Shown piece after piece: positions 56,867 to 63,128 of a stretch of 63,128 nucleotides of DNA (positions are counted from its first letter, which is position 1; every line of letters begins with the position of its first letter). The position numbers and the translations under genes are program-made. This DNA is from a virus. Taxonomy: Duplodnaviria > Caudoviricetes. The stretch lies in the IMG/VR virus record IMGVR_UViG_3300005588_000038, positions 1-63,128 of that record; one strand, given 5' to 3'. The notes under the pieces are model-generated. The model had not been told where the DNA came from. It worked only from the letters and a program-made list of their open reading frames with translations, and made no database searches.

Positions 56867-57045
56867 CTACATCGAGTAGCAGCAAGTTGAATTCCAGCGA
56901 TAAAGTCCAGATGAACTTTCGATCAGTTCCTAGAAAACTGAGAGACGAGTTCAAGGCTCTGTGTGCGATAAACGGCACCACAATGCAATCGGCCGTTATC
57001 CGCATGATGCAAAAGGCTGTCGACGATCAGCGAGAATCCAAATGA
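56863..57045 (+). CDS. Ribbon-helix-helix (ParG-like) protein
   Basis: MNFRSVPRKLRDEFKALCAINGTTMQ. Confidence 0.7.
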   Translation: MTTSSSSKLNSSDKVQMNFRSVPRKLRDEFKALCAINGTTMQSAVIRMMQKAVDDQRESK

Positions 57046-57941
57046 TCCAGTCATTGACTGATATCCTCGATACGCACCGAGTTGACTACCGAAGGCAGGG
57101 CCAGCACCATCACGCAACACGAGGAAGAGTGTCTGTCGATTGTCCTTGGTGTTCTCCGGGGAGCCGTAGATATCGATTAGGACTCGGATTACACGTTCCT
57201 TCTGCAAATTGCTGGACATGCGGCAAAAAGGACTACATCGAGTCGTTGGTTCGGCTGATTCGGCAAAAGCGTCAGCAAGTCAAAGAGCTTGTGCTTGGTT
57301 TGCCGCAGATCAGGCAATATGCAAAGAGTGAAGTTCACGGAACACTGGAAGTTCCTTCTGGGTTGCTTGGAATTCGAGACATTCCAGCCTATTGGAATTA
57401 TCTGAAGTCGAGGAGGTTTGATCCCGCTGAAATTGAAACCTACTGGGGAGTCAAAGGGACCTGTCCAGGAAAAGATCTTCAGTGGAGATTGTGGATACCG
57501 ATCACTGATAAATTCGGTCGGACGGTGTCTTGGACGACACGATCGGTTGGATCAGAGGAAACTGCCGCCCAGAAATATATTTCAGCGAGTCCTGAACAAG
57601 AAGGGATGCCGCATAAACATCTGCTATATGCAGAACAGTACGCAGTCAACACTATCATCATCGCAGAAGGGCCGATTGACGTGTGGGCAATCGGCCCAGG
57701 TGCAGTAGCTACATTTGGCAGCACCTTTACTGCTCAGCAGATAGCCAAGGCCGCGGCCTACCCAATTCGGGTGGTGTGCTACGACAATGAACCAGAAGCT
57801 CAAAAGCAAGCTCGTTCATTGTGCCGAGATCTTTCAGCTCTGCCTGGGATTACTGAAAATGTGATTCTAGAATCTGGAGACGATCCCGGATCTGCCGATG
57901 AAGAAGAAATCCTGGAACTCAGAAAAAGGTTCGGGCTATGA
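57042..57941 (+). CDS. DNA primase (Zn finger + TOPRIM)
   Basis: CPWC..CWTC, AEGPIDV, ATFG, CYDNE, DPG. Confidence 0.9.
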   Translation: MIQSLTDILDTHRVDYRRQGQHHHATRGRVSVDCPWCSPGSRRYRLGLGLHVPSANCWTCGKKDYIESLVRLIRQKRQQVKELVLGLPQIRQYAKSEVHGTLEVPSGLLGIRDIPAYWNYLKSRRFDPAEIETYWGVKGTCPGKDLQWRLWIPITDKFGRTVSWTTRSVGSEETAAQKYISASPEQEGMPHKHLLYAEQYAVNTIIIAEGPIDVWAIGPGAVATFGSTFTAQQIAKAAAYPIRVVCYDNEPEAQKQARSLCRDLSALPGITENVILESGDDPGSADEEEILELRKRFGL

Positions 57942-58261
57942 AACAGATTGAACGCGCAGAGCGGGACCGTGAATTATGCGAGGCGGCATCCAGAGAAGGA
58001 GCGAAAGCTGCGGCGGCGAAGTTTGATCTGAGTTTGAGTCAGGTGTACGCCATTTGCCGTCGCCGAGGAGTGCCGATCGCTCCAAGTCGAAAAACCGAAA
58101 CGGAAGTCGATGCCTATTTAGCTGAGGAATTGTTGATTCTCCGTCGACTCCTTCGCGGAGAATCTGGCCGCACGATAGCAATCGAAATGGGGATCACTCA
58201 CTATCGAGTACAGCGAATTCTGCGAATAGCTCGTGGTGTGGGGTTTTCCTTCGGATCATAG
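57938..58261 (+). CDS. Tandem HTH protein
   Basis: AAKFDLSLSQVYAIC; GESGRTIAIEMGITHYRVQRIL. Confidence 0.75.
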   Translation: MKQIERAERDRELCEAASREGAKAAAAKFDLSLSQVYAICRRRGVPIAPSRKTETEVDAYLAEELLILRRLLRGESGRTIAIEMGITHYRVQRILRIARGVGFSFGS

Positions 58262-58377
58262 AATAAATTTGTTCTGTTTTGGTTGAGATTGCGTGTCTCA
58301 TCCTATATTGTGTTGCACAGACAAACGAAAACGAGTGTTTTCGTTGCACAGCAACGCACCAGAAAGGATGAGAAGCA

Positions 58378-59415
58378 ATGGCTCACGAAATCGAAAAGAC
58401 AGACAATGTTGTACTTCACCGTCAAGCTGCATGGCACGGCCTGGGCGTTGTAGTCGAAAAAGCACCAACTCCGCAGGAAGCCTTGTCGATTGCTGGGCTG
58501 GACTGGAAGGTCACCCAGAAGGCGATGTACACTCGACTGAACGATGGGTCGAAGTACGTTTTTGAATCCCACGTTGCAAATTTTCGAGAAGACACCAATC
58601 ACCAACTTGGAGTAGTCTCGTCGAACTACCGTCCTGTTCAGAATGTCGAAATGGCTGAATTCTGTGAGGCACTCAGTGAAGTGTCTGCAGCAGAAGGCGG
58701 AGAACCAGTTCTGTGTGAAACTGCTGGCAGTGTCCGCAATGGCCAGCGTGTGTGGTTCCTCCTCAAAGGCGAGACATTCCAGGTGGCCAGGGACGACGAG
58801 ATTGTTCCTTACATCCTGGTCAGCAATGGGCATGACGGGAAATCCAGTTTTCGTGTCACACCGACAACAGTGAGAGTGGTGTGCAGCAACACTCTGCACT
58901 CTGTGATACCGAAATACGATACCGGTAAACTGGTAGACGCTGCGATTTCTGTTCGACACACACAGAGTGTCTTGGGGAGGATCGAGGAAGCTCGACTCGC
59001 GCTGAGAGCGTACAACGATCGGATGAAGAAGACCGAAGACTTGATGGGTCGGTTGTTTGAGTATCAAGTCAACACGGAAAAGATGACGCAATTCTTTTCA
59101 GAATGCTATGCTAGGGATTTTGGAGAAGTCTCTACTAATCCTCAGACAAGAAAAGAAAAGAATGCTCGAGATCGAGCAGTGAGTGCCTTCCAGTCATTTA
59201 CTCGTCGATTTGATGATGAACGGGAAATTGCAGGCGCCAGCCTGTGGTGTGCTCTGAATGCCTACAGCGGAATGGTCCAGCATGACAAAAAAGCTCGAGG
59301 CAAAGACGATGAGTCTCGAGTCTGGAAGCGAGTCGACTCCAATCTCTTTGGGTTGAATCAAGCTCGTACCCAGCACGCGCTAGCCAATGCAGTTCAGTGG
59401 TTGGTGCGTGGTTAA
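58378..59415 (+). CDS. DUF932 phage/plasmid protein
   Basis: AWHGLG, AGLDWKV, Y.PVQN, ETAGS..NG..VW, N.HDG, TPTTVRVVCSNTL, W...NA. Confidence 0.92.
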   Translation: MAHEIEKTDNVVLHRQAAWHGLGVVVEKAPTPQEALSIAGLDWKVTQKAMYTRLNDGSKYVFESHVANFREDTNHQLGVVSSNYRPVQNVEMAEFCEALSEVSAAEGGEPVLCETAGSVRNGQRVWFLLKGETFQVARDDEIVPYILVSNGHDGKSSFRVTPTTVRVVCSNTLHSVIPKYDTGKLVDAAISVRHTQSVLGRIEEARLALRAYNDRMKKTEDLMGRLFEYQVNTEKMTQFFSECYARDFGEVSTNPQTRKEKNARDRAVSAFQSFTRRFDDEREIAGASLWCALNAYSGMVQHDKKARGKDDESRVWKRVDSNLFGLNQARTQHALANAVQWLVRG

Positions 59416-59662
59416 TCCGCACCATTTCTACCGAATCTGGGTGGATTTGCTCGATTTACAGTAAACTGCCCAGGTTCGGTGGGTTGGTACCGCAGGCACC
59501 GACGTATACCGTTGGCAGTTCAGGTCGATTCGATTGCTTGGCACCTCTCGAATTGATAAATTTGCCGAATTTCGCATTGCGAGTCCATTCATGGACGTAC
59601 TAAAACAGAACATCCCGCTCGGATACGGCTTGTGCGAAGGCCTGGCACCGACGGATTCCTTG

Positions 59663-59701
59663 CCCGCTGACATGTGCCAAGATGTCAGCGGGTTTTTCTT
59701 T
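59663..59701 (+). terminator. Terminator/attenuator immediately before replication gene
   Basis: cccgctgacat-gtgccaag-atgtcagcggg + tttttcttt, abutting RBS of ATG 59715. Confidence 0.75.
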
Positions 59702-59714
59702 GGTGAGGCAGATT

Positions 59715-60788
59715 ATGATCGATCATGCTAGGCTAGATGAGTCTCAAGCCGAAAGAACACCCGGGTCGGTTTATGACACCGAGACCAATAGTGGAAAAGG
59801 TGTCTGGGTGCGTGAGATGTACTGCAAATTCATGGGTGGGCTCTCAGGTGGAGTGGTACTTAGCCAGCTGATGCATTACTCTTGCCGATTCGGTAAAGGG
59901 CATGATTGGTTCTATCGGTGCACCAAAGATTGGGCGGCGGATACGTTCCTCAGCGAAACTACTATCCGTAAATTTCTCAACAAACTACAAGATCTCGGGT
60001 TTGTGGAGATTCGAACAGAGACCACGAGCACCGGCGGTAAATTAAACTGGTACCGAGTCAACGAGGCCCATGTGCGTGAGTCTGTTGGTGAGTTTCTTGT
60101 AGAGTCTGGATATGCTGATAGGGATTCTGTAGATTTGTCCAGCACCACAAAACTACGGGTTGGTATACAACCTTGCGCTGAAGCAACCCGTAATATTACG
60201 CCACCAACCCGTAATATTACGGGTGGCACAATATACAAAGAAAGTGATAAAAGAAACAAAGGCACAGGGACGCAAAGGGTCAGGTCCTTCGGCCCTTCCC
60301 TTGGTGCGTCGCCTGAGTATCATTCTCCGGGATACGCAGGATTTGAAGTGGTGGAAGAAGAGTCAGAGCAAGCAGCATCACCAGAAGACGAATGGGCGGC
60401 TTCTGCATCAAAGAAACTCTACGATGCGCTTGCTCAGAAAAATCGCATCACCAAAGTACCATCATTGCACCGATGGGCTCAGCATTTTCTTCGATTACTG
60501 AGAGCTCCAAATAATTCGATTGAGCTGATCGATGAAGTTCTTAGTTGGTACATCGATGGACTCGTGTCTAACGAACATGACCAGTTCACTCCTCAGGTGT
60601 TTGCGGCGGTTTCGTTTGTTGAGAAATTTCCAAAGCTGCTAACCTGTTACGAGAGGCAGTCAAGCAAAAATAGAGAAGGTTTTTCGACAGCTGAGCTGGT
60701 GAAGCAGGTTTGCGCTGACCAAGAAGCAAGAGCAGCAGCTCGAAGACGGCGACAAGAAGAAGCTGACAGACTTCAGGAGCAGGAGTGA
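59715..60788 (+). CDS. Replication initiator (N-terminal wHTH; lambda O/DnaD-like organisation)
   Basis: GVVLSQLMHY..WFY....W...T.LSE.TI....KL..LGFV..WYRVN; internal iterons; precedes loader and DnaB. Confidence 0.85.
   Translation: MIDHARLDESQAERTPGSVYDTETNSGKGVWVREMYCKFMGGLSGGVVLSQLMHYSCRFGKGHDWFYRCTKDWAADTFLSETTIRKFLNKLQDLGFVEIRTETTSTGGKLNWYRVNEAHVRESVGEFLVESGYADRDSVDLSSTTKLRVGIQPCAEATRNITPPTRNITGGTIYKESDKRNKGTGTQRVRSFGPSLGASPEYHSPGYAGFEVVEEESEQAASPEDEWAASASKKLYDALAQKNRITKVPSLHRWAQHFLRLLRAPNNSIELIDEVLSWYIDGLVSNEHDQFTPQVFAAVSFVEKFPKLLTCYERQSSKNREGFSTAELVKQVCADQEARAAARRRRQEEADRLQEQE
60154..60224. repeat. Iterons / probable replication origin inside rep
   Basis: caacccgtaatattacg at 60184 and 60205 (21-bp period); 18-bp palindrome 60207-60224; inverted half-site 60154-60162. 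Confidence 0.75.
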
Positions 60789-60791
60789 GTT

Positions 60792-61214
60792 ATGCAAGAA
60801 GGTTTGCTTGAGAAATCAGAAGAAGTTGCTGCTCGTGTTGAGTTGATGAGATTTTGGTTCCGGATGACCGGAAAGAAAATCGAAGAGACGGGCGATGTGA
60901 TTCGGGTTCTGAGGTTGTTTGAGGACGTACCTACAAACATTCTGTCTCAGGCAGTTGACGTTTACCTGAGAGAGTTTGATTTCTTTTCTATCAAGAAACT
61001 TTTTGATGTGCTCGACGATGGAGTGTTCCAGAAAGAATCAGAAAAAGAACCTCCACTGATGGGCGTAGAGGATCGAGTGCGACGATTTGAAAAGCAGGAT
61101 CGAGAAGAGATGGGGATGAGTGAGCAGGAGTACATTGAGTTCAAGAAATCACAGCCTGAGTATCATTGTGCAGGTTGTACCAAGGACGAAATCGAGCAGT
61201 ACGGGCTCAGATGA
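60792..61214 (+). CDS. Putative helicase loader-associated protein
   Basis: Position between Rep and DnaB; AGGAG RBS. Confidence 0.55.
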   Translation: MQEGLLEKSEEVAARVELMRFWFRMTGKKIEETGDVIRVLRLFEDVPTNILSQAVDVYLREFDFFSIKKLFDVLDDGVFQKESEKEPPLMGVEDRVRRFEKQDREEMGMSEQEYIEFKKSQPEYHCAGCTKDEIEQYGLR

Positions 61215-62587
61215 AAACGCAAAGATTCTCAGATGGATCTGATGTTCGTCAGATACTGTCAGCGATGGTTCAGGATCCAGTTGTCTGCTCGCGGATAGCA
61301 TCTCACTGGGATGATCGATCTGGGCTGTTTCAGTCTAGGTGGGCGAATTTGATTGGGTGGTGGTGTGTCAAGCATCTCAAGAAATACGGACAGCCGCCTA
61401 ATGAGAATATTCAAGTCATATTCGAGAGGTGGGTAGAAACATCGACTGCAGATGAAGAAACGATTCAGGCTGTTGAGCGGTTTTTGGTTGATTTGTCTGA
61501 GACAGATGTCAAAGGGAACCAAGATTACATCTTGGATTTAGCGGAGAATCATTTCTGCAAGGTGGTCGCAGAAAGGGAGTACGAAGAAGCGGGAGCAGAT
61601 CTCAGTCAAGGTTTGCACCGTGAAGCTATCGATCGGATGAGAAATCTTCCGTCGTTGAGTTTGAAGCCTGATCCGTATTTTGAACCGGTCGATGATCCTG
61701 GAATTTGGGTCGATGCTCTTGAGAATATTCGAACACGGCCTCTGATTGATTATCCCGGAGATTTAGGTGACTTTTTCGGGGACATGTTTTCGAGGCGTCG
61801 CCTAGTATCTTTCATGGCACCAAACAAGACAGGAAAGACAGTTTGGTTGGTAGATGCTGCGTACCGAGCTGTTCGCAAGAGGAATCGAGTCCTGTTTGTC
61901 AATTTAGGTGATGGCACAGAACTGGATGTGATTGAGCGGCTCGCCAAAAGAGCAACGATGGCTGGTGACTTCGAAGGCAAATGCAGAAATCCAGTCAAGA
62001 TAGACGAAGAGTATAGAGTAACCCACGAAGCAGTCAAGATGGGTAAGGTGGATCCTGTTGATGCCTATCGATCGTTCAGGAGAGCTTGCAGAGCAGGAAC
62101 TGATGCGTTCCGGTTGATGGCCTATGCCAATTCCTCAGCTACGGTAGCGGACATAGATGCTCTTCTGGCCAGGTTTAGTCGAGAAAGCTGGAAACCTGAT
62201 GTAGTCATAGTAGATTACGCCGACATTTTAGCCCACCCGGCTGGTGTCCACGACAAGAACGATGTGCACGAGGAGAACTGGAAGCAGCTGACACGGCTGC
62301 ACCATGATTGGAATTGTTTGGTGCTTACAGCAACCCAATCAAACGCAATCAGCTACTCTCGCTCAGATACTCTTTTGGGACGTCAGCACTTTACGGGGCG
62401 GCGAACTAAACTTGATCAAGTGGACGGTATGATAGGCATCAACGTCACTGAGCAAGAGCGGCAGAAGCAGATGTGCAGGCTAAATTGGGTAGTTCGGCGG
62501 CGGGCTCGGGATAGGCATCGCAAAGAGTGTGTTCATGTGGCTGGTTGTTATGAGATTGAAAATCCTGCTGTTTTGAGCAAATGGTAA
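61211..62587 (+). CDS. dnaB: DnaB-like (SF4) replicative helicase
   Basis: APNKTGKT, PDVVIVDYADIL, TATQSN. Confidence 0.9.
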   Translation: MKTQRFSDGSDVRQILSAMVQDPVVCSRIASHWDDRSGLFQSRWANLIGWWCVKHLKKYGQPPNENIQVIFERWVETSTADEETIQAVERFLVDLSETDVKGNQDYILDLAENHFCKVVAEREYEEAGADLSQGLHREAIDRMRNLPSLSLKPDPYFEPVDDPGIWVDALENIRTRPLIDYPGDLGDFFGDMFSRRRLVSFMAPNKTGKTVWLVDAAYRAVRKRNRVLFVNLGDGTELDVIERLAKRATMAGDFEGKCRNPVKIDEEYRVTHEAVKMGKVDPVDAYRSFRRACRAGTDAFRLMAYANSSATVADIDALLARFSRESWKPDVVIVDYADILAHPAGVHDKNDVHEENWKQLTRLHHDWNCLVLTATQSNAISYSRSDTLLGRQHFTGRRTKLDQVDGMIGINVTEQERQKQMCRLNWVVRRRARDRHRKECVHVAGCYEIENPAVLSKW

Positions 62588-62711
62588 AATTGCAGAATAA
62601 ACCGGTTGCGATTAATTCCAGGAACAGCAATACTTGGAGACGTACACAAGAGGGGCGGGAGTTGGTTTCCGCTGTTTCAAAGTTTCTGTTCCTATGTAAG
62701 AGGGAAGATCG

Positions 62712-63128
62712 ATGAGCGGTGAAGTGTTGAAGCTGGATCGTGTTCGGGCACTGGCTGTGGTTTCTTTTCTGGGCTGGAAAACCGCCAGCGGATGGTCGAA
62801 CGAGAAAATTGCTGCGAACCTTGCCAAGTCTCGTGATGTCTACGAGCCCGGTACAAATCCGGAAGACGACCAGACGGCGAAGGACTTGGTGGAAGTTCTC
62901 GCTGCGCTGGAAAGTGGAACGGAAATCCAAGTTACTGGAGATGACGAAGGCGGCGGCGAAGGTGCTCAGAAAGAGAAGCCGAAGAAGGGCCGTCGAGGAA
63001 AGAAAGGTAAGAAGGAAGAAGCGGAGGCTGCCGACGACGGTGATGCCGACGACGGTGATGCCGACGACGGTGATGCCGACGACGGTGATGCCGACGACGG
63101 TGATGCCGACGACGGTGATGCCGACGAC
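62712..63128 (+). CDS. Protein with Lys-rich patch and acidic ADDGD repeats (partial; not in ORF track)
   Basis: Hand translation MSGEVLKLDRVRALAVVSFLGWK...KEKPKKGRRGKKGKKEEAEA(ADDGD)n, open to edge. Confidence 0.8.
   Translation, partial: MSGEVLKLDRVRALAVVSFLGWKTASGWSNEKIAANLAKSRDVYEPGTNPEDDQTAKDLVEVLAALESGTEIQVTGDDEGGGEGAQKEKPKKGRRGKKGKKEEAEAADDGDADDGDADDGDADDGDADDGDADDGDADD
63030..63128 (+). repeat. 15-bp tandem repeat GCCGACGACGGTGAT x6 + partial
   Basis: Exact copies to window end. Confidence 0.97.

Noticed and set aside
1-63128. Stop-codon reassignment
   Set aside because: Conserved genes are full length in code 11 and end in TAA, TAG and TGA with tight coupling

Overview
The whole 63 kb window is a partial genome of a tailed dsDNA phage (HK97-fold capsid, probably siphovirus-like). 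Both ends fall inside low-complexity coding repeats, and I see no integrase or host flank. A Planctomycetota host is my inference from protein style and is unverified. Layout: (i) 1-4.2 kb leftward early genes behind repeated near-identical sigma70-like promoters; (ii) 4.2-5.7 kb compositionally odd non-coding region with palindromes; (iii) 5.8-10.6 kb small genes and a DNA methyltransferase; (iv) coupled TerS-like/NDP-sugar epimerase/TerL genes; (v) an unusual module of membrane protein, MMP-like protease with a cysteine-switch-like motif, exported thioredoxin and TM-PAS protein; (vi) head and tail genes, three carrying long poly-serine tracts, plus a -1 frameshift in the tail chaperone; (vii) an ~11 kb cluster of 12 glycan-related genes (glycosyltransferases including a Maf/DUF115-like one, a KdsB-like CMP-sugar synthetase, methyltransferases, sulfotransferase-like proteins, cupin) directly after the tail tip genes; (viii) replication genes (sigma-like, SNF2, primase, DUF932, Rep with internal iterons, DnaB). 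The best candidate for a new system is a phage-encoded O-glycosylation pathway that builds a mucin-like glycan coat on poly-Ser virion proteins. All family assignments come from motif recognition by eye; no searches were run.
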